Notes under the pieces: generated by a model
What the model was told of the DNA's origin: nothing
The model's database searches: none
Seen by the model: the letters and a program-made list of their open reading frames with translations, nothing else
Made by a program: the position numbers and the translations under genes
NCBI RefSeq assembly: GCF_001457615.1
Contig: NZ_LN831024.1
Location: forward strand, 1,350,001-1,382,000
DNA: 32,000 nucleotides
From: Pseudomonas aeruginosa
Lineage (GTDB): Bacteria > Pseudomonadota > Gammaproteobacteria > Pseudomonadales > Pseudomonadaceae
Direction of reading: 5' to 3'
Shown here: piece after piece, positions 19,544 through 27,960 of the stretch
Layout: every line of letters begins with the position of its first letter
Position numbering within the stretch: position 1 is the first letter of the stretch

Positions 19544-20329
19544 ATGACCGATTCCGCCGCTCCTCGCCTGCATGTCCAAGCCCTGTCCGCCGGTTGCGCC
19601 GAGGCTGCGCGGCGCTGGGCGGAGCGGCTCGGCCTGCCGCTGGCGGCGGACGACGAGGCGGAGTTCGCCGTGCAGGTCGGCGAGCAGGGCTTGCAGGTCT
19701 TGCAACTGGGGGCGGACTCCCCCGGTCCGGTGCGGGTCGATTTCGTCGAGGGCGCCAGCGCCCACCGGCGCAAGTTCGGCGGCGGCAGCGGACAGATGAT
19801 CGCCAAGGCGGTCGGCGTCCAGCCAGGCATCCGTCCGCGGATCCTGGACGCCACGGCCGGCTTGGGCCGGGATGGGTTCGTCCTCGCCAGCCTGGGCTGC
19901 GAGGTTACCCTGGTCGAGCGCCAGCCGCTGATCGCCGCCCTGCTCGAGGATGGCCTGGAGCGCGCCCGGCGCGATCCCGACGTGGCGCCGATCGCCGCGC
20001 GGATGCGTCTGCTCGGCGGCAACTCGGCGGACCTGATGCGCGCCTGGGATGGCGAGGCGCCGCAGGTGATCTACCTCGACCCGATGTTTCCCCATCGCGA
20101 CAAGAGCGCATTGGTGAAGAAGGAAATGCGTCTGTTCCGGCCGCTGGTGGGCGACGATCTCGACGCCCCGGCGCTGTTGCAGGCGGCCCTGGCCCTGGCC
20201 AGCCACCGGGTGGTGGTGAAGCGCCCGCGCAAGGCGCCGATCATCGAAGGGCCCAAGCCCGGCTATAGCCTGGAAGGCAAGTCCAGCCGCTACGACATCT
20301 ATCCGAAGAAGGCCCTGGGCAAGGGCTGA
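19544..20329 (+). CDS. rsmJ: 16S rRNA (guanine1516-N2)-methyltransferase RsmJ
   Basis: ATG 19544 gives a 261-aa product with ...[21 protein letters not shown]... and the SAM-binding motif [27 protein letters not shown], then VIYLDPMFP. The longer ORF-track extension from 19130 overlaps the previous gene and is rejected. Confidence 0.88.
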   Translation: MTDSAAPRLHVQALSAGCAEAARRWAERLGLPLAADDEAEFAVQVGEQGLQVLQLGADSPGPVRVDFVEGASAHRRKFGGGSGQMIAKAVGVQPGIRPRILDATAGLGRDGFVLASLGCEVTLVERQPLIAALLEDGLERARRDPDVAPIAARMRLLGGNSADLMRAWDGEAPQVIYLDPMFPHRDKSALVKKEMRLFRPLVGDDLDAPALLQAALALASHRVVVKRPRKAPIIEGPKPGYSLEGKSSRYDIYPKKALGKG

Positions 20330-20357
20330 GTGTCGACACCGCAGGGAGGCGGCGAGC

Positions 20358-21635
20358 ATGCAGCAGACCATCGATTGTCCGATTCGCCGGCGCCTGGCGC
20401 ACCTGCCCTGGGCCAACGACGGGCGTGCCGGTGTCCGCCACTGGCTGGAGATGCAGCGCGATCCGCTGGCCTGGTTGCAGAAGATGCACGTCGCGCAGCC
20501 GGACCTCGCGGTTGCCCGCATGGGCCCGCAGCGCCTCTGGTGCCTGTTCCATCCGCAGGCGGTGCAGGAATTGATGGTCGATCGCCGCGATGACCTGCAA
20601 CGCTGGCAGCCGGCGCTGTGCATGCTGAAACAGTGGAACGGGCGCAGCTTCATGATGCGCGAGGGCGCCCCCGCCCAGGCCCGGCGCAAAGAAGTACGGC
20701 CGCACCTGGCGCCGCCGCCGGCCAGCGAGGTTCGCCGCCTGGCCGCGGAGTGGGGCGAGCGGGTGGAGGAGGGGCGCGAATACGACCTCGACCTGGAAAT
20801 GGCTGCGTTCAGCGTCACCCTCAGCGGTCACGCGCTGTTCGACGTCGACCTGCAACCGTCGGCCTATCGGATCGCCAAGGCGGTGCGCCTGCTGTCGCGG
20901 GTGGCATTGCTGGAAATGAGCACCGGCCTGCCGCTGGGCCACTGGTTCCCGAGCAAACTGTGCCCGCGCAAGCGCTGGGCGCTGGGCCAGTTGCGCGAGG
21001 CGGTGGGCGAGGTGGCGGAGCGCTCGCCGCGGCCGCTGGCGGACCTGCGCGATGAACTCTGCACCCTGCTCATGGCGTCCCACCAGTCCACCGGCGTGAC
21101 CCTGACCTGGAGCCTGTTGCTGCTGGCCCAGCGTCCCGAGTTGCTCGCGCGGCTACGCGCCGAGCTGGCGCGAGTGAATTGGACGGCGATCCGCTCGGTC
21201 GCCGACCTGCGCGATTGCGCGCTGCTCAGGGCGGTCCTGCAGGAGTGCCTGCGCCTGTACCCGCCGGCCTACGGCCTGGCGCCGCGGCAGGTGACGGCGG
21301 ACATCGAGGTGTTCGGCCAGCGGCTGAAGCGCGGCGACGTGACCATGGTCTCGAGCTGGATCACCCAGCGCGATCCCCGTTGGTTCGAGGCGCCGCTGGA
21401 GTTCCGTCCCGAGCGCTTCCTCGAACCGGCGCGCTGGCCGCGCGGCGCCTACTTCCCCTTCGGCCTCGGCGACCGCGCCTGCCCCGGCACCGCGATGGCG
21501 ATGATCGATCTGGCGGCGGCGCTGGCCTACTGGGTCGAGCACTGGGACATCATGCACGACGGCGACCTGGCGCCGCGCGGCTGGTTTTCCCTGCGTCCGC
21601 AGCGAGCGCGGGTGCGTTTCCGCCGTCGCGCCTGA
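20358..21635 (+). CDS. Cytochrome P450
   Basis: 425-aa ORF preceded by GGGAGG. It has the heme-thiolate loop FPFGLGDRACPGTAMA (FxxGxRxCxG), an ExxR motif (LQECLRLYPP) and an I-helix-like segment (LLMASHQSTG). Confidence 0.9.
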   Translation: MQQTIDCPIRRRLAHLPWANDGRAGVRHWLEMQRDPLAWLQKMHVAQPDLAVARMGPQRLWCLFHPQAVQELMVDRRDDLQRWQPALCMLKQWNGRSFMMREGAPAQARRKEVRPHLAPPPASEVRRLAAEWGERVEEGREYDLDLEMAAFSVTLSGHALFDVDLQPSAYRIAKAVRLLSRVALLEMSTGLPLGHWFPSKLCPRKRWALGQLREAVGEVAERSPRPLADLRDELCTLLMASHQSTGVTLTWSLLLLAQRPELLARLRAELARVNWTAIRSVADLRDCALLRAVLQECLRLYPPAYGLAPRQVTADIEVFGQRLKRGDVTMVSSWITQRDPRWFEAPLEFRPERFLEPARWPRGAYFPFGLGDRACPGTAMAMIDLAAALAYWVEHWDIMHDGDLAPRGWFSLRPQRARVRFRRRA

Positions 21636-21641
21636 GCTGCC

Positions 21642-22280
21642 TCAGCCGCCCGCGGCGAAGGCGCGCAGGAACAGCGCCACCACTTCTTCCACGTGCCGCT
21701 CGCCTTCGGCCTCGTCCAGCGGTTCGGCGCAGCCGATCAACAGACGGTAATTGGCGCAGCCCTTGACCAGCATGAAGAAGTGTTCGGCGGCGTGGCGCGC
21801 GTCCGGGAACGCCAGCTTGCCGCTGCGGCGGGCCTGCTCGAGGAGGCGTTCCATCTCGTCGATCACCTGCTTCGGCCCGGCCTCGAAGAACAGCTCGGAA
21901 AGCTTGGGGTTCTGCCCGGCCTGCGCGGCCATCAGGCGGGTCAGGGCGATCGCCTCGTGGCTGTTGATCAGCCGGTGGAAGCCGCGGGCGATATTCAGCA
22001 GGACCTTTTCCAGTGGCGCGCCTTCGGCCAGCTGGAAGTACAGGGCGGGAAGCTGCTCGGCGCACTTGGCCTTCACCGCTTCGCTGAACAGGGTTTCCTT
22101 GTCGGTGAAGTGGCTGTAGACGGTGAGCTTGGAAACGCCGGCTTCCGAGGCGATGGCTTCCATGCTGCTGCCGTCGTAGCCGTTGCAGAGGAACAGGCGC
22201 TTGGCCGCCTCGAGAATGGCTTCCCGTTTGGCCGGGTCCTTGGGCCGGCCGGGACCGACGGAGGAGGTGGATTCTGACAT
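21642..22280 (-). CDS. mexL: TetR-family repressor of mexJK
   Basis: It has the TetR HTH (RLFLCNGYDGSSMEAIASEAGVSKLTVYSHFTDKETLF) and is divergent from mexJK. ATG 22280 gives 212 aa starting MSESTSS. The ORF-track start at 22292 is a TTG inside the promoter region. Confidence 0.9.
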   Translation of the reverse strand: MSESTSSVGPGRPKDPAKREAILEAAKRLFLCNGYDGSSMEAIASEAGVSKLTVYSHFTDKETLFSEAVKAKCAEQLPALYFQLAEGAPLEKVLLNIARGFHRLINSHEAIALTRLMAAQAGQNPKLSELFFEAGPKQVIDEMERLLEQARRSGKLAFPDARHAAEHFFMLVKGCANYRLLIGCAEPLDEAEGERHVEEVVALFLRAFAAGG

Positions 22281-22375
22281 GCGCTTATACAATTGAAATA
22301 CTGGACTGATGGGTTCTGTATTTTTACTATACCGCCCAGTATAAGAACTCGAACGCAGTTTGCGGAAGGTGTCAC
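22281..22375. promoter_or_regulatory. mexL-mexJ divergent promoter/operator region
   Basis: This is the only strongly AT-rich 95 bp in the neighbourhood. A plus-strand candidate promoter is TGGACT (22302-22307)-17 nt-TACTAT (22325-22330), with GGAAGG before the mexJ ATG. A 7-bp inverted repeat ATACTGG (22298-22304)/CCAGTAT (22336-22342) brackets that promoter, and TATAC motifs are repeated. Confidence 0.6.
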
Positions 22376-23479
22376 ATGTACCGCCATATCCCGCTCGTCG
22401 CCCTGTCCCTGTTTTCCTCCCTGTTCCTCGCCGCCTGCGGCAACGGCACGCCGCCGCCAGCCGCGGCGCGTCCGGCGATCGTCGTCCAGCCCCAGCCGGC
22501 GGGGGAGGTGAGCCAGGCCTTTCCCGGCGAGATCCGCGCCCGCCACGAGCCGGAGCTGGCCTTCCGCATCGGCGGCAAGGTCATCCGCCGGCTGGTGGAA
22601 GTCGGCGAGCGGGTAAAGAAGGACCAGCCCCTGGCCGAACTCGATCCCCAGGACGTGCGCCTGCAACTGGAGGCGGCGCGGGCCCAGGTCAGTGCCGCCG
22701 AGGCCAACTTGCAGACCGTGCGCGCCGAGTACCGGCGCTACCGCACCTTGCTCGACCGCAACCTGGTCAGCCATTCCCAGTTCGAGAACATCCAGAACAG
22801 CTACCGCGCCGGCGAGGCGCGGCTGAAGCAGATCCGCGCCGAATTCAACGTCGCCGACAACCAGGCCGGCTACGCCGTGCTGCGCTCGCCCCAGGATGGC
22901 GTGATCGCCAGCCGGCGCGTCGAGGTGGGCCAGGTGGTGGCGGCCGGACAGACGGTCTTCAGCCTGGCCGCCGACGGCGAACGCGAGGTGCTGATCGGCC
23001 TGCCGGAACACAGCTTCGAACGTTTCCGCATCGGCCAGCCGGTGTCGGTCGAACTCTGGTCGCAACGCGACAGACGCTTCGCCGGGCATATCCGCGAGCT
23101 CTCGCCCGCGGCCGATCCGCAATCGCGTACCTTCGCCGCCCGGGTGGCCTTCGACGACCGCGCGACTCCGGCCGAACTGGGCCAGAGCGCGCGGGTCTAC
23201 GTCGCCGCCGCCGAGGCGGTGCCGTTATCGGTTCCCTTGTCGGCGCTGACCGCAGAGGCCGGCCAGGCGTTCGTCTGGGTGGTCGAGCCGGGCAGCTCGA
23301 CCCTGCGCCGGCAGGCGGTGCGCACCGGTCCCTATGCCGAGGACCGGGTGCCGGTGCTCGAAGGCCTGAAGGCTGGCGACTGGGTGGTGGCCACCGGGGT
23401 CCAGGTGCTTCGCGAAGGGCAGCAGGTGCGTCCGATCGACCGGGCCAACCGCACGGTGAAACTGGCGGCCAAGGAGTAG
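22376..23479 (+). CDS. mexJ: RND efflux membrane-fusion (periplasmic adaptor) lipoprotein
   Basis: The 367-aa product has the lipobox signal MYRHIPLVALSLFSSLFLAAC. It has an HlyD/MFP architecture with coiled-coil hairpin, lipoyl and beta-barrel segments. The RND pump gene follows directly. Confidence 0.93.
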   Translation: MYRHIPLVALSLFSSLFLAACGNGTPPPAAARPAIVVQPQPAGEVSQAFPGEIRARHEPELAFRIGGKVIRRLVEVGERVKKDQPLAELDPQDVRLQLEAARAQVSAAEANLQTVRAEYRRYRTLLDRNLVSHSQFENIQNSYRAGEARLKQIRAEFNVADNQAGYAVLRSPQDGVIASRRVEVGQVVAAGQTVFSLAADGEREVLIGLPEHSFERFRIGQPVSVELWSQRDRRFAGHIRELSPAADPQSRTFAARVAFDDRATPAELGQSARVYVAAAEAVPLSVPLSALTAEAGQAFVWVVEPGSSTLRRQAVRTGPYAEDRVPVLEGLKAGDWVVATGVQVLREGQQVRPIDRANRTVKLAAKE

Positions 23480-23483
23480 TCGC

Positions 23484-26400
23484 ATGTCCTTCAACCTTTC
23501 CGCCTGGGCGTTGCAGAATCGCCAGATCGTCCTGTACCTGATGATCCTGCTTGGCGCGGTCGGCGCGCTGTCCTACAGCAAGCTGGGGCAGAGCGAAGAC
23601 CCGCCGTTCACCTTCAAGGCCATGGTGGTGCAGACCAACTGGCCGGGCGCCAGCGCCGAAGAGGTGGCCCGGCAGGTCACCGAGCGTATCGAGAAGAAGC
23701 TGATGGAAACCGGCGACTACGATCGCATCGTGTCCTTCTCCCGCCCCGGCGTCTCGCAGGTGACCTTCATGGCCCGCGAGGACATCCATTCCAGCGAGAT
23801 CCCCGAACTCTGGTACCAGATCCGCAAGAAGATCAGCGACATTCGCGCCACCTTGCCGCAAAGCATCCAGGGCCCGTTCTTCAACGACGAGTTCGGCACC
23901 ACCTACGGCAACATCTATGCGCTCACCGGCAAGGGCTTCGACTACGCGGTGATGAAGGACTATGCCGACCGCCTGCAACTGCAATTGCAGCGGATCAGGA
24001 ACGTCGGCAAGGTCGAGCTGATCGGCCTGCAGGACGAGAAGATCTGGATCGACCTGTCCAACACCAAGCTGGCCACCCTCGGCCTGCCCCTGGCGGCGGT
24101 ACAGAAGGCGCTGGAGGAACAGAACGCGGTGGCCTCCTCCGGGTTCTTCGAGACCGCCAGCGACCGCGTGCAGTTGCGCGTTTCCGGGCGTTTCGATTCG
24201 GTGGAGGAGATCCGCGACTTCCCCATCCGCGTCGGCGACCGCACCTTCCGCATCGGCGACGTGGCCGAGGTTCGCCGCGGCTTCAACGATCCGCCGGCGC
24301 CGCGCATGCGCTTCATGGGCGAGGACGCCATCGGCCTGGCGGTAGCGATGAAGCCGGGCGGCGACATCCTGGTGCTGGGCAAGGCCCTGGAAACCGAGTT
24401 CGCCCGCCTGCAGCAGTCGCTGCCGGCCGGACTGGAACTGCGCAAGGTGTCCGACCAGCCGGCGGCGGTACGTACCGGGGTCGGCGAGTTCATCCGGGTG
24501 CTGGCCGAGGCGCTGGTGATCGTCCTGCTGGTGAGCTTCTTCTCCCTCGGCCTGCGCACCGGCCTGGTGGTGGCGCTGTCGATCCCGCTGGTGCTGGCGA
24601 TGACCTTCGCCGCCATGCATTACTTCGGCATCGGCCTGCACAAGATCTCCCTCGGCGCCCTGGTGCTGGCGCTGGGATTGCTGGTGGACGACGCGATCAT
24701 CGCGGTGGAGATGATGGCGGTGAAGATGGAGCAGGGCTACGACCGTCTCAAGGCGGCCGCCTTCGCCTGGACCAGTACCGCCTTCCCGATGCTCACCGGC
24801 ACCCTGATCACCGCCGCCGGCTTCCTGCCGATCGCCACCGCGCAGTCCGGCACCGGCGAATACACCCGCTCGCTGTTCCAGGTGGTGACCATCGCCCTGG
24901 TGGTCTCCTGGTTCGCCGCGGTGGTCTTCGTTCCCTACCTGGGGGCCAAGCTGCTGCCGGACCTGGCCAGGTTGCACGCGCAGAAGCACGGCGGCAGCGC
25001 CGATGGCTACGATCCCTATGCTACGGCCTTCTACCAGCGCTTCCGGCGTCTGGTGGAGTGGTGCGTGCGCTACCGCAAGACGGTGATCGTCCTGACCCTC
25101 GCCGCCTTCGTCGGCGCGCTGCTGCTGTTCCGCCTGGTGCCGCAGCAGTTCTTCCCGCCCTCGGCGCGCCTGGAGCTGCTGCTGGACATCAAGCTGGCGG
25201 AGGGCGCCTCACTGCGCTCTACCGGCGAGGAAGTCCAGCGCCTGGAAAAAATGCTGCAGGGCCATGACGGCATCGACAACTACGTGGCCTACGTCGGCAC
25301 CGGCTCGCCCCGCTTCTACCTGCCGCTGGACCAGCAATTGCCGGCGGCCAGCTTCGCCCAGGTGGTGGTGCTGGCCAAGGACCTGGAGAGCCGCGAGGCG
25401 CTGCGCAAGTGGCTGATCGAGCGGATGAACGAGGACTTCCCGCACCTGCGCAGCCGCATCAGTCGCCTGGAGAACGGGCCGCCGGTGGGCTATCCGGTGC
25501 AGTTCCGGGTTTCCGGCGAGGACATCCCGCAGGTTCGCGAACTGGCGCGCAAGGTCGCCGACAAGATGCGCGAGAACCCGCACGTGGTGAATGTGCACCT
25601 GGATTGGGAAGAGCCGAGCAAGGTGGTGTACCTGAGCATCGACCAGGAGCGCGCCCGTGCCCTGGGGGTGAGCACCGCCAGCCTGTCGCAGTTCCTGCAG
25701 AGCGCGCTGACCGGTTCGCACGTGAGCTTCTTCCGCGAAGACAACGAGCTGATCGAGATCCTCCTGCGCGGCACCGAGCAGGAGCGTCGTGACCTGTCGT
25801 TGCTGCCGAGCCTGGCGGTGCCGACCGAGAATGGCCGGAGCGTGGCGCTGTCGCAGATCGCTACGCTCGAATACGGCTTCGAAGAGGGCATCATCTGGCA
25901 CCGCAACCGCCTGCCGACGGTCACCGTGCGCGCCGATATCTACGACGATTCGCTGCCGGCGACCCTGGTCGCGCAGATCGCCCCGACCCTGGAACCGATC
26001 CGCGCCGAGCTGCCGGACGGCTACCTGCTGGAGGTGGGCGGCACGGTGGAGGACGCGGCGAAGGGCCAGAGTTCGGTGAACGCCGGCGTGCCGCTGTTCA
26101 TCGTGGTGGTGTTGAGCCTGCTGATGGTGCAGTTGCGCAGCTTCTCGCGGATGGCGATGGTATTCCTCACCGCACCGCTGGGCCTGATCGGCGTGACCCT
26201 GTTCCTGCTGCTGTTCCGCCAGCCGTTCGGCTTCGTGGCGATGCTCGGGACCATCGCCCTGGCCGGCATGATCATGCGCAACTCGGTGATCCTGGTGGAC
26301 CAGATCGAACAGGACATCAGCCATGGACTGGATCGCTGGCACGCCATCATCGAGGCTACCGTGCGGCGTTTCAGGCCCATCGTGCTGACCGCGCTGGCGG

Positions 26401-26561
26401 CGGTGCTGGCGATGATCCCGCTGTCGCGCAGCGTGTTCTTCGGGCCGATGGCGGTGGCGATCATGGGCGGGCTGATCGTCGCCACCGTGCTCACCCTGCT
26501 GTTCCTGCCGGCGCTCTATGCCGCCTGGTTCCGCGTGAAGAAGGACGAGGCGCGGGCCTGA
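23484..26561 (+). CDS. mexK: RND multidrug efflux inner-membrane transporter (AcrB/MexB family)
   Basis: The 1025-aa product starts 4 nt after the mexJ stop, with AAGGAG inside the mexJ 3' end. It has the typical RND N-terminus (SAWALQNRQIVLYLMILLGAVGALSY), two large periplasmic loops and 12 TM segments. Confidence 0.95.
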   Translation: MSFNLSAWALQNRQIVLYLMILLGAVGALSYSKLGQSEDPPFTFKAMVVQTNWPGASAEEVARQVTERIEKKLMETGDYDRIVSFSRPGVSQVTFMAREDIHSSEIPELWYQIRKKISDIRATLPQSIQGPFFNDEFGTTYGNIYALTGKGFDYAVMKDYADRLQLQLQRIRNVGKVELIGLQDEKIWIDLSNTKLATLGLPLAAVQKALEEQNAVASSGFFETASDRVQLRVSGRFDSVEEIRDFPIRVGDRTFRIGDVAEVRRGFNDPPAPRMRFMGEDAIGLAVAMKPGGDILVLGKALETEFARLQQSLPAGLELRKVSDQPAAVRTGVGEFIRVLAEALVIVLLVSFFSLGLRTGLVVALSIPLVLAMTFAAMHYFGIGLHKISLGALVLALGLLVDDAIIAVEMMAVKMEQGYDRLKAAAFAWTSTAFPMLTGTLITAAGFLPIATAQSGTGEYTRSLFQVVTIALVVSWFAAVVFVPYLGAKLLPDLARLHAQKHGGSADGYDPYATAFYQRFRRLVEWCVRYRKTVIVLTLAAFVGALLLFRLVPQQFFPPSARLELLLDIKLAEGASLRSTGEEVQRLEKMLQGHDGIDNYVAYVGTGSPRFYLPLDQQLPAASFAQVVVLAKDLESREALRKWLIERMNEDFPHLRSRISRLENGPPVGYPVQFRVSGEDIPQVRELARKVADKMRENPHVVNVHLDWEEPSKVVYLSIDQERARALGVSTASLSQFLQSALTGSHVSFFREDNELIEILLRGTEQERRDLSLLPSLAVPTENGRSVALSQIATLEYGFEEGIIWHRNRLPTVTVRADIYDDSLPATLVAQIAPTLEPIRAELPDGYLLEVGGTVEDAAKGQSSVNAGVPLFIVVVLSLLMVQLRSFSRMAMVFLTAPLGLIGVTLFLLLFRQPFGFVAMLGTIALAGMIMRNSVILVDQIEQDISHGLDRWHAIIEATVRRFRPIVLTALAAVLAMIPLSRSVFFGPMAVAIMGGLIVATVLTLLFLPALYAAWFRVKKDEARA

Positions 26562-26571
26562 CGGGAGAAGG

Positions 26572-26595
26572 GGACGGGGCGATCGCGCCCCGTCC
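26572..26595. terminator. GC-rich palindromic hairpin between convergent mexK and the DUF4197 gene
   Basis: GGACGGGGCG-ATCG-CGCCCCGTCC is a perfect 10-bp stem with no flanking T-run on either strand. It probably acts as a bidirectional terminator or transcript stabiliser. Confidence 0.45.
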
Positions 26596-26601
26596 GTCGA
26601 C

Positions 26602-27282
26602 TCACCTGGCCGCGCCGAAGACCTTCTTGGCCAGGCCGGTGGCGGCAGCCGCCGGGTTCTGGCGGATGCTCTTCTCCTGCCTGGCGATCATCTCGAAGAG
26701 CCCGTCGAGGGCCTGCTCGGTGACATAGCCCTCGACGTTGGCGCTCTTCGCATCGACCACCCCAAGGGTCGCCGCCTGGCTGGCGAAGGCGTTGTACTGC
26801 TTGACCAGGCCGACCTCGTCGGTGGCCTGCTTGACGATCGGCAGGAACTTCGCGCGCAGCTGTTCGCGGCTGGACTTGTCCAGGTATTCGGTGGCGGCGT
26901 CGTCACCGCCCTTGAGGATGCCCTTGGCGTCGGCCACGGTCATCTTCTTCACCGCCTCCACCAGCAGGCCCTGGGCCTGCGGCACGGCAGCCTCGGCGGC
27001 GCGGTTCATGCTCGCCTCGAGCTGGTCGACCTGGGCGCCCATGCCGAACTGCTTCATCAGCTTCGCCGCCTTGCCCAGCTTGCCGGGCAGTTCGATGCGC
27101 ACGTCCGGGTTGTTGTTGAAGCCGCCCGGCTGGCCAAGCTGGCGGACGGCGATCTGCGCGCCCTGGGTCAGGGCGTCCTTCAGGCCGCTGGAGGCGTCGT
27201 TCTGCGACAGGTCGGCGAGGGACAGGGCGAGGGCGTTGGCCGAGAGCAGCAGGCCGGCGCAGAGGGCAGTGAGTCGGAACAT
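26602..27282 (-). CDS. DUF4197 family periplasmic protein
   Basis: ATG 27282 starts the signal peptide MFRLTALCAGLLLSANALA. The mature N-terminus SGLKDALTQGAQIAVRQLGQPGGFNNNPDVRIELPGKL matches the DUF4197 pattern. The ORF-track extension to 27405 is not supported. Confidence 0.75.
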   Translation of the reverse strand: MFRLTALCAGLLLSANALALSLADLSQNDASSGLKDALTQGAQIAVRQLGQPGGFNNNPDVRIELPGKLGKAAKLMKQFGMGAQVDQLEASMNRAAEAAVPQAQGLLVEAVKKMTVADAKGILKGGDDAATEYLDKSSREQLRAKFLPIVKQATDEVGLVKQYNAFASQAATLGVVDAKSANVEGYVTEQALDGLFEMIARQEKSIRQNPAAAATGLAKKVFGAAR

Positions 27283-27382
27283 GACAGCGTCCTTGATGTG
27301 GAACGTACGGGGTATCCGGCCGCTCGTCGTGAGGTGGATCGGCAACCGGTAGCGAATAGGAGGTGGAGTGTACTGGAGGGAA

Positions 27383-27402
27383 CCGCCGGTTCGCACCGGC
27401 GG
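27383..27402 (-). terminator. Hairpin downstream of the YbaY-like gene
   Basis: CCGCCGGT-TCGC-ACCGGCGG is a perfect 8-bp stem 17 nt after the stop (minus strand). The trailing sequence is T-poor, so terminator function is uncertain. Confidence 0.35.
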
Positions 27403-27418
27403 CATGCCGCGGTGTGCT

Positions 27419-27817
27419 TCAGCGCGCCGATTCGACCTGCACGCGATAGGGCTGCGGGTCGCTGCCGTCGAGTTTCACCGAGTGGCGGGTGGTGTTGATG
27501 AACAGCAACTGGCCGTTCAGCTCGATGCGCGCGCTCACCGCATAGCTGTGGCCCGGCTTGACCTGCTTCGGGTCGTACTCCAGGTGGAACGCCAGCGGCA
27601 CCTGGCTGGTGATCTCGCGGGTCTGGCTGGCCAACTGCACCGAGGGGGCGTCGGCCAGGGACACGTCTTCCAGGCTCACGCTCAGGCGCGCCGAGGGCGG
27701 CAGGGCGATACGCTCGCGGTAGAAGACCTCACCATCGAAGCTGGCGTTCGAAGTCGATTGCTGGGTACCGCAGCCGGCGAGAATGCTGGCGGCGAGCAGC
27801 AATGGCAGTTTTTTCAT
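27419..27817 (-). CDS. YbaY-like lipoprotein
   Basis: The signal MKKLPLLLAASILAGC has a lipobox. The body ...ERIALPPSARLSVSLEDVSLADAPSVQLASQT...ARIELNGQLLFINTT parallels E. coli YbaY (VALPPDAVLTVTLSDASLADAPSKVLA...). Confidence 0.8.
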   Translation of the reverse strand: MKKLPLLLAASILAGCGTQQSTSNASFDGEVFYRERIALPPSARLSVSLEDVSLADAPSVQLASQTREITSQVPLAFHLEYDPKQVKPGHSYAVSARIELNGQLLFINTTRHSVKLDGSDPQPYRVQVESAR

Positions 27818-27960
27818 GGGAGCCTCCTTTCAGACGGAACAAAAAAACGAGCGGGCCTCTGACCCGGGAAACCAGCATAGGTTGCCGGGCCGGAACAGGG
27901 AAAGGTCGCAGGATATTTCAGCGGAGCGACGCCCGTCCCTCGCGGGGCGGGCGCCGGGCT

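Noticed and set aside
21632-21645. A 5-bp inverted repeat CTGAG-N4-CTCAG that includes both convergent stop codons (P450 and mexL), considered as a shared terminator.
   Set aside because: The stem is only 5 bp with no U-tract on either strand, which is too weak to call a terminator. It is noted only as context for the convergent-transcription finding.
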